Notes: generated by a model from the letters alone, not told the origin. DNA of 64,000 nucleotides from an uncultured Candidatus Saccharibacteria bacterium (GCA_964606285.1 CAZSFP010000001.1:133376-197375); one strand, 5' to 3'. Positions 18,965 through 29,419 are shown, numbered from the stretch's first letter. Made by a program: numbers and translations.

Positions 18965-20050
18965 TTAGAAAAGACGTGCGATGTCTTTGTAGGTGATGAC
19001 AACCATGAGAAGGATAAGTAATCCGAAACCAATAGTATTCAAGAGATTCACAATTTTATGATTGATAGTTCTACCAGTCATTTTTTCTATGAGAAGGAAA
19101 AGGAGTCGTCCCCCGTCGAGTGCAGGAAATGGAATGAGATTGATAACCGCGAGATTGATGGAAAGAATTGCGGTAAAGAAAAGGAGATACATAAAGCCGA
19201 ACTGATACGCATCGCGAGTCATACCGGCAATACCGATCGGACCAGACACTGCAATACCTGATGATGATCCGCCAAAGATACTGCTGACCAAGTGACCAAA
19301 TGAAATGATCGTATCCTTGGTCAATCCATATGTTGAAAGAAATCCTTGATAGATCGCTTTGTGGATCGGGAGACGAATGGTCCCGATCGTATCCATCGCG
19401 ATACCGATACGGGCGACACCGTCAGTGACATGCGGTGTCACTTTTTGTTCATAATCTTCCCCACCGCGTTCATATGTGATCGTGATCGCTTCTTCGGGGT
19501 GCGCAAGAATAAATTCTGTCACTGTTCGCGGATCGAGATCTTTTGAAATGATTGTATCTTCGTCACCGACACCGATAATCACATCACCTGACTGGAATCC
19601 TGCGTACGACGCAGGAGATTCAGGTGTGACATTTGTGATAGTGAGTCGTGGTGGCGCGATAAATGCGGACGTGCTTGCAGAACCTGATGCTGGCATACCG
19701 GCCATGAATCCGACTGAGAGTAGCAACCATGCAAAAACAATATTGAATACGACACCAGCCACGAGAACAGCGGCTTGGATATGTCGTGGCTTTTTGATAA
19801 AGCTTCGCTTCTCATCACCACTGATATCATCCCCTGGATTTTCACCAAATATTTTCACAAATCCACCAAATGGAATCCAATTAAGCGTGTATTCCGTATC
19901 ACCTCGTTTCCACAGTCGTGCCACGCGTGGCGGAAATCCGAGTCCAAATTCATCAACACGGATACCAAAATATTTCGCTACGAGAAAATGTCCGCATTCA
20001 TGAACAAATACGAGGATAAACAATATAACGATAAAAAGAATGGCACTCAT
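18965..20050 (-). CDS. rseP: RIP site-2 metalloprotease RseP (M50 family) with a PDZ domain
   Basis: HExxH motif HECGHFLVAKYFG, internal PDZ-like segment, C-terminal TM helices. Confidence 0.9.
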   Translation of the reverse strand: MSAILFIVILFILVFVHECGHFLVAKYFGIRVDEFGLGFPPRVARLWKRGDTEYTLNWIPFGGFVKIFGENPGDDISGDEKRSFIKKPRHIQAAVLVAGVVFNIVFAWLLLSVGFMAGMPASGSASTSAFIAPPRLTITNVTPESPASYAGFQSGDVIIGVGDEDTIISKDLDPRTVTEFILAHPEEAITITYERGGEDYEQKVTPHVTDGVARIGIAMDTIGTIRLPIHKAIYQGFLSTYGLTKDTIISFGHLVSSIFGGSSSGIAVSGPIGIAGMTRDAYQFGFMYLLFFTAILSINLAVINLIPFPALDGGRLLFLLIEKMTGRTINHKIVNLLNTIGFGLLILLMVVITYKDIARLF

Positions 20051-20601
20051 ACGGTCATGACTTCTTTTTCTTTACTCGCTGCCGTATCTTCGAGCTTGGC
20101 ATTGATGTCGTTGGTAAACTGCTGTAGCTGTTCTTTTGCCCTGAAACGTTCGTCTTCACTGATATCACCGTCTTTTTCTTTTTGTTCGATGTCTTTCATG
20201 ATACCGTCACGAGTCTTGCGAACGGTGATGCGCGCGTCTTCGAGTTTTTCTTTGACGATCTTCACGAGCTTCTGACGATTCTCAGTCGTGAGCATTGGGA
20301 AAATAGCGCGAACACCATCAGAATCTGATACAACAGAAAGTCCGGTGTTTGATGTTTGAATCGCCTTTTCAATACTCTTGATAGATGATTTGTCCCACGG
20401 TGCGATGCGGAGTGTTCTAGAATCTTCGATAGAAATAGATGCGATATTTTTGATCGGCATCATAGAACCATAGGATTCAACCATGATACTGTCGAGAATC
20501 ATCGGTGTTGCACGACCAGTGTGGAGTTGTGAATATTCTTTTGCGAGCCATTCATGCGCTTTTATAAAATCTGCCGGAAGTGTTGAGAAAATGTATGCCA
20601 T
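20047..20601 (-). CDS. frr: ribosome recycling factor
   Basis: The MAYIF...EYSQLHTGRATPMILD... RRF fold signature; start moved to the internal Met because the 5' part of the long ORF overlaps the upstream gene. Confidence 0.9.
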   Translation of the reverse strand: MAYIFSTLPADFIKAHEWLAKEYSQLHTGRATPMILDSIMVESYGSMMPIKNIASISIEDSRTLRIAPWDKSSIKSIEKAIQTSNTGLSVVSDSDGVRAIFPMLTTENRQKLVKIVKEKLEDARITVRKTRDGIMKDIEQKEKDGDISEDERFRAKEQLQQFTNDINAKLEDTAASKEKEVMTV

Positions 20602-20680
20602 ATATGGAAAAAGTATAGCAACAATGTCGTGTCCATGCAACAAAAAAAGCTCCGTTAAGAGCTTTTTTATTAAAAGACAT

Positions 20681-21394
20681 TTATTTTGTTTCAGATTTAC
20701 AAGAAAGAAATTGATTTCCTGCTGCATTGTGTTGCCATGGAGGCCATGCACGAATAGTCCAATGATTAGCAATAGATTCCCAGGTACAACTAACAGAATA
20801 AATACGTCCTGATTTTAATTTAAAAACACCAATAGCGTTTGAGTAATCGTTAGTTGTTAACAAATTTCCAATTTCGCCCTTCGGTTGTTTTCTAAGTTCA
20901 AAATAAAGATAATTTAGTCGTCTTTTAGCTTCTTCCCTATCTTTATAATTACTCAGGTCAATAATTTTCTGACCTATTTGAGGCCAAATAATATCGTCAT
21001 GTGCCTTTACAACGTTTCTGTACCAATGAAAAGTAACTTTTTGTTCAGAAACAGAGTCATGATCAGAAAAAACATCATTCAGAAAATCAGCAAAATCAGA
21101 ACCTACGATTGATATATTTAGATATTTTGTATCAAATTGTTTTACATGTAAACCGTCCAATTTTACAGTAACTTTTTTCATAAATTCAGTTACTTTTTTC
21201 TTTGCACTTTCAGTAACTTTCACAATTTTGTGTGTTCCATTAAGAAGTCCGAGTACATCATCCTTGTGAAGCTGATGAAATAGATCAATTAACTTTTTAA
21301 AGTCAATTTTCCAGTCAATGAACCACTTTTTGCAGAGTTCGAGCAAAATTGCAGGATTCTCACCCAACAACTCAACGACTTTTTGATAAGCCAT
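20681..21394 (-). CDS. hypothetical protein (237 aa)
   Basis: ORF with no assignable domain. Confidence 0.45.
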   Translation of the reverse strand: MAYQKVVELLGENPAILLELCKKWFIDWKIDFKKLIDLFHQLHKDDVLGLLNGTHKIVKVTESAKKKVTEFMKKVTVKLDGLHVKQFDTKYLNISIVGSDFADFLNDVFSDHDSVSEQKVTFHWYRNVVKAHDDIIWPQIGQKIIDLSNYKDREEAKRRLNYLYFELRKQPKGEIGNLLTTNDYSNAIGVFKLKSGRIYSVSCTWESIANHWTIRAWPPWQHNAAGNQFLSCKSETK

Positions 21395-21537
21395 TTTGTA
21401 TTGCCTTATTATCTCACTTTCGCTACCTCATAAGGGCTTTTTTTGTTTTTAAATAACTATACCAATATCACCACACGTGATACTTCGTAGTCTTTACACA
21501 CAGTACTATTTTTTATTAAAAAGTCAAATATATAAAA

Positions 21538-21572
21538 TTCTATATCTACGCCATGGTGTAGATATAGAATTA
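21538..21572. repeat. palindrome AATTCTATATCTACGCCATGGTGTAGATATAGAATT (GCCATGG-core family, copy 3)
   Basis: seen directly, upstream of the 20681..21394 gene. Confidence 0.7.
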
Positions 21573-21582
21573 TAATAAAACA

Positions 21583-22221
21583 TTATTGAGAGAGTAACAC
21601 TGCCAACATCTCCAAAATCTGTTTTGGTGGATTACCGGGTTCACGGAGGAGCTGTTTTGCTTTGAGGCAGGCTTTGATTGGTTCCAGATTATTTTTATCT
21701 TTATACTTTATATAGAGTGCTCGTTCGAGATCATCGAGAAATGAAAGGAGAGATTGTTTTGCCGTCGGTGTTTCATCTTTGAGTGCATCGAGATAAGGTT
21801 CTACGATTTTAAATCGTTCTGGAATGGAACTCGTGATAAACGCTTGCGCATCTTTTTTTACTGCGTGTTCATCATCGAGGACGATGACTTGCATACGTGA
21901 TCGTAGTGTCGGAAGAATATCGATATATGGCATAACAAAGAAAAATGTCACCGCCGGATTTGGTTCTTCACAGAGTTTGAGTAGTGCATGCATCGCCTGG
22001 TGCGTCATACTGCCGGTTTGGATAATAAAAAATTGTCGGCCACCAGCTTCAATATCAGAAACAGTCAGTGCTCGCGCATCATCGATACTGAACACATCAT
22101 GTGTTTGAAAAATAATTTCTCCGTCCGGAATATGCGTCGTGATCCATGTCCTTATGTTTTCTCCAGAATAACCCTCAGCAATATATGCGTGATGTAGTTG
22201 TGCAGGATTTAGCGTTTTCAT
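21583..22221 (-). CDS. DNA polymerase III delta-prime (HolB)-like clamp-loader subunit
   Basis: HAYI...G N-terminus and an LRSRMQV sensor-2-like motif with a degenerate P-loop, as is typical for delta-prime. Confidence 0.55.
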   Translation of the reverse strand: MKTLNPAQLHHAYIAEGYSGENIRTWITTHIPDGEIIFQTHDVFSIDDARALTVSDIEAGGRQFFIIQTGSMTHQAMHALLKLCEEPNPAVTFFFVMPYIDILPTLRSRMQVIVLDDEHAVKKDAQAFITSSIPERFKIVEPYLDALKDETPTAKQSLLSFLDDLERALYIKYKDKNNLEPIKACLKAKQLLREPGNPPKQILEMLAVLLSQ

Positions 22222-23240
22222 TAGAGTGTTGGCTTGCTCAAAATAGCGCGTTTATATTCATCGATGTGTTCGATCACCACACCAGTTCCCTTTGCGACAC
22301 ACAGCAGTGGTTCATCGGCGAGTCGGGCTTTGACACCAGTTTTTTGATAGACAAGCTCAGGAAGATTGCGAAGGAGTGATGAACCGCCGGTCATGATGAT
22401 GCCGTGATCGATGATGTCTGATGCGAGTTCTGGTGGTGTATCAGCAAGCACGTGTTTGATCGCCTTGATGATTTGTTTCAATTCATGATCGATTGCTTTC
22501 GTGATCTCATTTGTTGAAACGATCGCTTGACGCGGAAGTCCTTGGACAAAGTCACGACCTTTGATCGTTGCGCGGATTTCTTCATCGAGCAGTGTTGCTG
22601 AGCCTATTTTTATTTTAATCTCTTCGGCTGTCCTGTCGCCGATCGCGAGATTGAAAGTCTTTTTGATATAGTCGGCGATCGCCGCATCGATTTTATTGCC
22701 CGCATGTTTGACCGATGTACATGACACGATACCTCCGAGTGAAATCACGGCGACATCTGTCGTACCACCACCAATATCAACGATCATGTAGCCTGCGGAC
22801 TCATATATAGGTATACCCGCACCGATAGCCGCGAGAACTGGCTCTTTGACGATATAGGCGTTCTTCGCCCCTGCACGAATCGCAGCTTCGACAACTGCAC
22901 GGCGTTCAGTCGAAGTAATACCAGCCGGTACGGAGATGACCACATCCGGTTTCCAGATATTCCATTTACCGAGCGCTTTATGGATGAAGTACCGGAGCAT
23001 TGCTTCGGTCACGCCATAGTCTGCAATGACACCATCGCGGAGGGGTCGGTGGGCAACGATACTGTCCGGCGTTTTACCGATCATCGCTTTTGCTGCCAAA
23101 CCAATCGCGACGATTTTGTTTTCTTGCTCAGAGACAGCAACAACCGACGGTTCATTGAGGACAATTCCCTTTCCAGGCACGAAAACAAGCGTTTGTGTGG
23201 TTCCCAAATCTATGCCCAATTTTGGTGAAAAAAGTCCCAT
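22221..23240 (-). CDS. mreB: rod-shape determining protein MreB
   Basis: IDLGTTQTLVF, DIGGGTTDVAVIS, and an actin-fold phosphate 1/2 and adenosine motifs; the N-terminal 88 codons of the long ORF are rejected. Confidence 0.9.
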   Translation of the reverse strand: MGLFSPKLGIDLGTTQTLVFVPGKGIVLNEPSVVAVSEQENKIVAIGLAAKAMIGKTPDSIVAHRPLRDGVIADYGVTEAMLRYFIHKALGKWNIWKPDVVISVPAGITSTERRAVVEAAIRAGAKNAYIVKEPVLAAIGAGIPIYESAGYMIVDIGGGTTDVAVISLGGIVSCTSVKHAGNKIDAAIADYIKKTFNLAIGDRTAEEIKIKIGSATLLDEEIRATIKGRDFVQGLPRQAIVSTNEITKAIDHELKQIIKAIKHVLADTPPELASDIIDHGIIMTGGSSLLRNLPELVYQKTGVKARLADEPLLCVAKGTGVVIEHIDEYKRAILSKPTL

Positions 23241-23328
23241 ATAATGGCGAAGTATAGCAGGAATTCTAGTAAGTAGTAAGTAGTTTGTAGTGAGTAGGAA
23301 TACGGCTATTTCATGGTATGGTAGATAT

Positions 23329-25218
23329 ATGAAAGTCGTTACGGTCATCCCGATTACCAAATACAAAGAACAACAAACTTTATCGTATTTTTCTGATGAC
23401 ACCGTCGAAGTTGGTATGATTGTCATAGCACCAATCAGAAAGACTGACACCCGCATGCTCGTCATCGAAGCAATACCGGCAAGTATGCAAAAAAGTGCAC
23501 TCAAACAATCTGCATATCAATTGAAAAAAATAAAAAAGTCTGCCGGTTATCTGCCGATGTACACGACACTCCTTCCTGTTCTTCATCAGTGTGCGATATT
23601 TTATCGCGTGTCAGACAGTGTTCTCCTGCGAATGTTTTTACCGGAACGAATTATGGAATCATTGCAATCATTGCGCCAACCACTACTTCTTCCAAAACAA
23701 TCAACGCTCATAGAAATCTACCAAGCATCACTTGCTGAACGAATTCTATTTTACAAAGTAAAAATCCGCACACTGATCGCAGAAAAAAAATCCCTCTACA
23801 TCGTGGTCCCCACACAGAGCGATGCGTTATTTTTTGAAAAAGAATTGTCACACGGCATCGAACCGCACGTCATCCGGCTCGATTCATCACTCACAAAAAA
23901 AGAATGGCGAACAGAAACAGACAAAACAATTCCTGGTACGCCGATCTGTGCGATCGTAACACCTGCCTTTTTTTCATATCCGCTCGACAACGTCGGTCTC
24001 ATCATCATGGAAAGCGAAGGTCACAGCGGCTATCGGTCTCGGGACAAATCATATGATTATCGGATGATCGTCGAAACCTATGCAAGAACGTGTGGTATTC
24101 CACTTATTTTTAGTGATACATTTCTCCGGTTTGAAACACTTATCCGGCTCGAGCAAGGTATTATCGGCATGATCCAGCCACCGTCATTCAATCTCCCTCA
24201 AAACAATCACCAGATCATTCAGTTTATTCAAAAACCAAAAGAAAAACAATTTTCACTTCTCATGCCAGAAGTTCGCGACATGATTCGCACATCAATCGCA
24301 AAAGGAACATCGGTATTTTTATTTGCGAGCCGAAAAGGGATTGCACAAACAACCGTCTGTCGTGATTGTGGTACTGTTGTTTCCTGTTCAACATGTGCAT
24401 TACCACTCACACTTTCTGTCACTGAAAAGAAAGAGAGAATTTTTACCTGCCGGCATTGCAATCGTGTCTACGACACACTGACGACATGCGTCAGTTGTTC
24501 GAGCTGGCATCTACTGCCGCTCGGCAGCGGTAGTGCACGAATCGAAGAAGAATTACAAACTCTATTTCCTGAAACTACAGTCTATCGACTCGACAAAGAC
24601 AGCGCACCGACAGAAAAAAAAGCACAAGCAATATATGATGCATGGCAGGAAAATTCCGGAAGTGTTCTCATCGGAACAGAATATGTATTTCAATACATGC
24701 GCGAACGATTTCAAAAAACCGTCATCATATCGTTCGATAGTTTAACCGCAATCCCGTCATACACGACAAACGAACGTGTTCTTCGCCTTCTCGACATCAT
24801 CGGTACCGCGACAGAAGAATTGTTCGTACAAACTCGACATACGGATGATCCAATTCTTACTTCATACGAAACTAGATCATGGTTGCCGCTCTATACACAA
24901 GAAAAAGAATTACGAAAAACATTCAATCTCCCACCATACGGAAGAATCATCGCGATGACGCTCACCATTCCAGAAAAAAATGAAGATTCGATACTCGCTG
25001 ATCTCGAACAAACATTCACTCCATGGAAACCACTCGTTAAAAAATCCCGAGGATTGCGTGAACGAACCTCCGACATCACACTCGTGATCCGAGCAGCAAA
25101 AGAAGAGTGGCAGATCAACAAACACGGCATATTTGAAGGAAACGAAGACCTCCGTGAGAAAATAGACAGTATTCCGGCTATTAACCTGTTCCGAATCGAC
25201 CCAGATCACTTGCTCTAA
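23329..25218 (+). CDS. priA: primosomal protein N' (PriA)-like, with apparently degenerate helicase motifs I/II
   Basis: Zinc-binding CRDCG...CSTC...CRHCN...CVSC insertion and PriA-type C-terminal domains, but no GxGKT Walker A and ESEGH instead of DExH. Confidence 0.6.
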   Translation: MKVVTVIPITKYKEQQTLSYFSDDTVEVGMIVIAPIRKTDTRMLVIEAIPASMQKSALKQSAYQLKKIKKSAGYLPMYTTLLPVLHQCAIFYRVSDSVLLRMFLPERIMESLQSLRQPLLLPKQSTLIEIYQASLAERILFYKVKIRTLIAEKKSLYIVVPTQSDALFFEKELSHGIEPHVIRLDSSLTKKEWRTETDKTIPGTPICAIVTPAFFSYPLDNVGLIIMESEGHSGYRSRDKSYDYRMIVETYARTCGIPLIFSDTFLRFETLIRLEQGIIGMIQPPSFNLPQNNHQIIQFIQKPKEKQFSLLMPEVRDMIRTSIAKGTSVFLFASRKGIAQTTVCRDCGTVVSCSTCALPLTLSVTEKKERIFTCRHCNRVYDTLTTCVSCSSWHLLPLGSGSARIEEELQTLFPETTVYRLDKDSAPTEKKAQAIYDAWQENSGSVLIGTEYVFQYMRERFQKTVIISFDSLTAIPSYTTNERVLRLLDIIGTATEELFVQTRHTDDPILTSYETRSWLPLYTQEKELRKTFNLPPYGRIIAMTLTIPEKNEDSILADLEQTFTPWKPLVKKSRGLRERTSDITLVIRAAKEEWQINKHGIFEGNEDLREKIDSIPAINLFRIDPDHLL

Positions 25219-25245
25219 AAAAAGAAATATGCTACTGTTTGGTCT

Positions 25246-25473
25246 ATGTCAACAACCAATATTGAAGTCAAAAAGAATGGCAACGAAAACGGCATGTCTC
25301 TCATCCGCCGCTTTTCACGACGCATGCAAGAATCTGGCATTATCATCAATGTCAAAAAGAACCGCTATGTCGTTCGAAAACCTTCAAAACTCGTAAAGAA
25401 AACAGGTGCACTCAAGCGCCTCAAGAAGCGAAAAGAAATGGATGCGCTTCGCAAAATGGGCAAAGCAAAATAA
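25246..25473 (+). CDS. rpsU: 30S ribosomal protein S21
   Basis: 75-aa basic protein with an S21-like LIRRFSRR...KRLKKRK pattern. Confidence 0.75.
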   Translation: MSTTNIEVKKNGNENGMSLIRRFSRRMQESGIIINVKKNRYVVRKPSKLVKKTGALKRLKKRKEMDALRKMGKAK

Positions 25474-25476
25474 TCC

Positions 25477-25914
25477 ATGAAAAAAGAGATCGGAGACTGC
25501 ACAGTTTCAAATCAGACAAAAGGCACGCTCCCTCGCGTGCCTTTTGCTCGTATCAAAAATGAAATCTTAGGCGAAACATATCAACTCTCCATTGCACTCG
25601 TCACACCACCGCACGCAAAAAAAATAAATATACAGACCCGCAACAAAGATTATATTCCGAACGTTCTTTCTTTTTCTTTGTCGAAAACTTCCGGAGAAAT
25701 TATTTTGTGTCCGAGTGAAATAAAAAAACAGACGAAAGAATTTCAGATGACAGCAACTGAACTCTTGATATACATGGTTATCCACGGATGCCTGCATTTG
25801 AAAGGATACGATCATAGTAGTAGAATGGACAAACAGGAAGTGCGATATCTCACAATGTTTGCACCAACCGTATCTCATGGCATCACTCACCACAAAAATA
25901 ATCACAAGTATTGA
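25477..25914 (+). CDS. ybeY: rRNA maturation endoribonuclease YbeY
   Basis: Metal-binding motif HGCLHLKGYDH. Confidence 0.85.
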   Translation: MKKEIGDCTVSNQTKGTLPRVPFARIKNEILGETYQLSIALVTPPHAKKINIQTRNKDYIPNVLSFSLSKTSGEIILCPSEIKKQTKEFQMTATELLIYMVIHGCLHLKGYDHSSRMDKQEVRYLTMFAPTVSHGITHHKNNHKY

Positions 25915-27031
25915 TATCGGCGACGCAATGACCAAAGTCGTCATTGCGCAAATGGATAGTACTTCGCCGTATCCAACCATCTTGGGAACCGGAAATGCAC
26001 TGACGAATGGCATGAAAGACGGTTATATCGTCAATCAAAACGATGTTGAAAAAAGTCTCAAAAAAGCAGTCAAAGAAGCAGAGAAGACTGCCGGTATAAA
26101 AATCAAGCGCGCCGTCGTCGGTATCAATAGTTTCGGACTCACATCACACATCGCAGTCGGCAGCGCGATCGTCTCACGTGCCGACGGTGAAGTCTCATCA
26201 CATGATATCGATAAAGCGATCAAAGAATCCGCAAAAGATTCGATCGATCCGAACAAGAAAATTCTTTATCATCTCCCGATCGAATTTAGGATTGACGGCA
26301 AAGATATTTTGGGAACACCAGAAGGAACCAAAGGTATCAAACTCGAAACCCGTGTTCTCTTTGTCACCGCATTTACAAAACACATCGACACACTCTTTGA
26401 GACGATAGAAAACATCGATATCGAAGTTTCTCGAATTATTCCATCACCCATCGCCCTTGCTGCTGTTGCGCTTTCTGAAAAACAAAAAACAGTTGGTTGT
26501 CTTCTCGTCGACATCGGCGGCGACACTGTTTCAGTTGGTCTTTATGAAAATGGTATGCCGCTTGGTATTCACGTATTTCCTGTCGGATCAAGTGACATCA
26601 CAAATGATATTGCGATCGGACTCAAAACAAGTCTCGAAGAAGCGGAGCAAATCAAACTCGGCTCCTATGGCCTCCATCCAAAAAGAAAAGTTGACGACAT
26701 CATCAACGCACGACTCGATGACATCTATGACCTCATCGACCGCTATTTGAAAAAAATGAAGCGAAGTGAACTCTTGCCTGCTGGTATCATCCTCGTCGGT
26801 GGCGGCGCAATGCAATCCGGTATCGAAGAACGAACAAAAGATGCATTGCGACTTCCTGCACGCATCGGATTTACCGAATTTTTCATACAATCAAAAAACA
26901 AATGGCGCGATGCGAGCTGGGCATCAGCATACGGTCTCATTTTGTATTCATTCAATCGTACTGACGACACAGAAAAGAAATCGACACTCAAAGAATGGTG
27001 GACGCGACTTTTCAAACAACTCATGCCGTAA
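25877..27031 (+). CDS. ftsA: cell division protein FtsA
   Basis: Actin-like ATPase: SIDIGDAMTKVVIA, DIGGDTVSVG, LVGGGAMQSGI; start uncertain (it overlaps the ybeY 3' end). Confidence 0.85.
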   Translation: MASLTTKIITSIDIGDAMTKVVIAQMDSTSPYPTILGTGNALTNGMKDGYIVNQNDVEKSLKKAVKEAEKTAGIKIKRAVVGINSFGLTSHIAVGSAIVSRADGEVSSHDIDKAIKESAKDSIDPNKKILYHLPIEFRIDGKDILGTPEGTKGIKLETRVLFVTAFTKHIDTLFETIENIDIEVSRIIPSPIALAAVALSEKQKTVGCLLVDIGGDTVSVGLYENGMPLGIHVFPVGSSDITNDIAIGLKTSLEEAEQIKLGSYGLHPKRKVDDIINARLDDIYDLIDRYLKKMKRSELLPAGIILVGGGAMQSGIEERTKDALRLPARIGFTEFFIQSKNKWRDASWASAYGLILYSFNRTDDTEKKSTLKEWWTRLFKQLMP

Positions 27032-27131
27032 CGTTTTTTGTGTCTTGTAAAGAGATTCCTTTTTTGACAAGGGTCTGATATGATAGTTCCGACGAGAGAC
27101 TTTCTCCCGCCTTACGAATAATCATTATCTT

Positions 27132-28382
27132 ATGCCAAAACTCAATCCTGATATCGAAACGTTTGCCCGAATCAAGGTTGTCGGCGTTGGCGGCTCCGGA
27201 AAAAACGCCCTCAATCACATGATTTCGTCCAAGGTCAAAGGCGTTGGTTTCATTTCAATGAACACCGATACGCAAGACTTGCACAATTCTCTTTCCGACA
27301 AAAAAATACACCTCGGTAAAAACCTCACTCGCGGTCTCGGTGCCGGTATGAATCCGGAAATCGGACGACGCGCAGCAGAAGAAACAAAAGCAGAAATCCA
27401 AGACACACTCAAAGGTTCGAGTATGGTGTTCATCGCCTGTGGTATGGGTGGCGGTACCGGAACTGGTGCAGCACCGACCATCGCACGTTGTGCAAAAGAT
27501 CAAGGCATCCTTACTGTTGCTGTCGTGACGAAACCATTCTTCTTTGAAGGTGCACAACGTATGCGACTCGCAGAAGCCGGCATCAGTGAACTCGAAAAAG
27601 AAGTTGATGCGATCATCGTGATTCCAAACGACCGACTCCTCACACTCGCTGGCAAAGATATGGGTATCAAAGAAGCATTCGGCATGTGTGATGAAGTGCT
27701 TCGCCAAGCCGTCGAAGGTATTTCTGATTTGATCACCATTCCTGGTACGATCAACAACATTGACTTTGCTGATATCAAAGCGGTTCTCCAAGACGCAGGA
27801 TCTGCGCTCATGGGTATCGGTAATGCATCTGGTGAAGGACGTGCTGAAAAAGCTGCCCTCGAAGCGATCAACTCTCCACTTCTCGAAACATCAGTCAATG
27901 GTGCTCGCGGTGTTCTCTTTGCTATCTCCGGCAGTGATGATGTCACGCTCAACGAAGTTCAGACTGCTGCGAAAATCATCACTGAATCTATCGACAAAGA
28001 CGCAAAAGTTATCTTTGGAACGACATTTGATGACCGTCTCAAAAAAGGTGAAATCAAAATCACAGTCATTGCCGCTGGTTTTCCAAACGACGCACCAAAG
28101 AAATCTCTTTTTCATGCAGCACCAAGCAGTCAAAAATCCGAACCGATGCGTCCAATAGAAAAAGAACAGACGAAAGAATCAATCTTTTCTGCCCTCTCTC
28201 CTGAACCAAAAAAAGAGGAACCAAAAACGATCCACAATTCCCTTCCATCACAATCCGAATTCATCCGCAAAGCGGATCAAACCCCGAAACCAACGATCGA
28301 AATCAATGATGATGATATGGGTGGTGACGGTGAAGAAGATGACTGGAGCGCAGTTCCCGCATTTCTCCGAAGAAAGAAATAG
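27132..28382 (+). CDS. ftsZ: cell division GTPase FtsZ
   Basis: Tubulin signature GGGTGTG, plus NTDTQDL and IKVVGVGG; acidic and disordered C-terminal tail. Confidence 0.97.
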   Translation: MPKLNPDIETFARIKVVGVGGSGKNALNHMISSKVKGVGFISMNTDTQDLHNSLSDKKIHLGKNLTRGLGAGMNPEIGRRAAEETKAEIQDTLKGSSMVFIACGMGGGTGTGAAPTIARCAKDQGILTVAVVTKPFFFEGAQRMRLAEAGISELEKEVDAIIVIPNDRLLTLAGKDMGIKEAFGMCDEVLRQAVEGISDLITIPGTINNIDFADIKAVLQDAGSALMGIGNASGEGRAEKAALEAINSPLLETSVNGARGVLFAISGSDDVTLNEVQTAAKIITESIDKDAKVIFGTTFDDRLKKGEIKITVIAAGFPNDAPKKSLFHAAPSSQKSEPMRPIEKEQTKESIFSALSPEPKKEEPKTIHNSLPSQSEFIRKADQTPKPTIEINDDDMGGDGEEDDWSAVPAFLRRKK

Positions 28383-28481
28383 AAGAACAGTACAGAGTAC
28401 GAAGTACATAGTATTAAAAGAAAAAATCTCACCTAGGTGAGATTTTTTCTTTTAATTTTCTATGGTACACTGTTTTTTATG

Positions 28482-29414
28482 CAACAATTATACGATCTCA
28501 TAATCATCGGCGGTGGACCAGCAGGATGCGCGGCGGCAGTCTATGCAGCCCGCAAACGCATGAAGGCGCTGCTTATCGCGGCAGAATTTGGAGGCCAATC
28601 CATCGTCTCAGAAAAAATCTACAACTGGATCGGCACACCGGAGATCAGTGGTCCTGACCTCGCTCACAGTCTCGAGGCCCACGTCCGTGAATATGTCAAA
28701 GATGGTGAGACACTCAGTCTTGAAAAAGGTATTTATGCTGAAAAAGTAGAAAAAACAACTGACGGATATATCGTTACGGCGGGTGGTAAATCATTTGAAA
28801 CAAAAACACTCCTCATCACAACTGGTAGCTCTCGAAAGAAAATTGATGTTCCCGGTGCGGCACAATTTGAAAACAAAGGTATCGTCTATTGTGCGTCATG
28901 TGACGGTCCACTCTTTTCAGGTATGGATGTTGCAGTCATTGGCGGCGGGAATGCAGGTTTTGAATCTGCGGCTCAACTCCTCGCATACACGAACTCTGTC
29001 ACACTCTTTAACCGCACCGATCATTTTCGTGCAGATCAAACCACAGTCGATAAAGTTCTCGCCCATCCAAATATGCGCGTCATTACACACGCAAAACCTG
29101 TCGAAATCGAAGGTGAAAAATTTGTCAGTGGTATCAAATATGAAAACACAAAAACTGGTGAAATAAAAACATTGCCCGTCAGTGGTATCTTTGTTGAAAT
29201 CGGTCAAATTCCAAATACGGGATATGTTGCCGATGTCGTAAAACTCACTGAGTTTGGCACTATCGTCACTGATCCAACAAATCAGCAAACCTCAGCCCCG
29301 GGTATCTGGGCAGCCGGTGACTGTACCGACGGCATCTATCACCAGAACAATATTGCTGCCGGTGATGCGGTCAAAGCTATTGAAGACATCTATCAATACC
29401 TCAATGCAAGATAA
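28482..29414 (+). CDS. trxB: thioredoxin-disulfide reductase
   Basis: FAD motif IIGGGPAGCAAA, redox-active CASCDG, NADPH site GGGNAGFE; start set at MQQLYD. Confidence 0.9.
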   Translation, partial: QQLYDLIIIGGGPAGCAAAVYAARKRMKALLIAAEFGGQSIVSEKIYNWIGTPEISGPDLAHSLEAHVREYVKDGETLSLEKGIYAEKVEKTTDGYIVTAGGKSFETKTLLITTGSSRKKIDVPGAAQFENKGIVYCASCDGPLFSGMDVAVIGGGNAGFESAAQLLAYTNSVTLFNRTDHFRADQTTVDKVLAHPNMRVITHAKPVEIEGEKFVSGIKYENTKTGEIKTLPVSGIFVEIGQIPNTGYVADVVKLTEFGTIVTDPTNQQTSAPGIWAAGDCTDGIYHQNNIAAGDAVKAIEDIYQYLNAR

Positions 29415-29419
29415 AGTAT

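Noticed and set aside
22221-23504. Long 427-aa form of the mreB ORF, and similar N-terminal extensions of frr (20047..20772), mraZ (35139..35606), the 14517..15434 ORF and the 40040..40702 ORF
   Set aside because: The extensions overlap well-supported neighbouring genes, lack homology to the protein family, and an internal Met aligns with the conserved family N-terminus. Starts were moved to those internal Mets.
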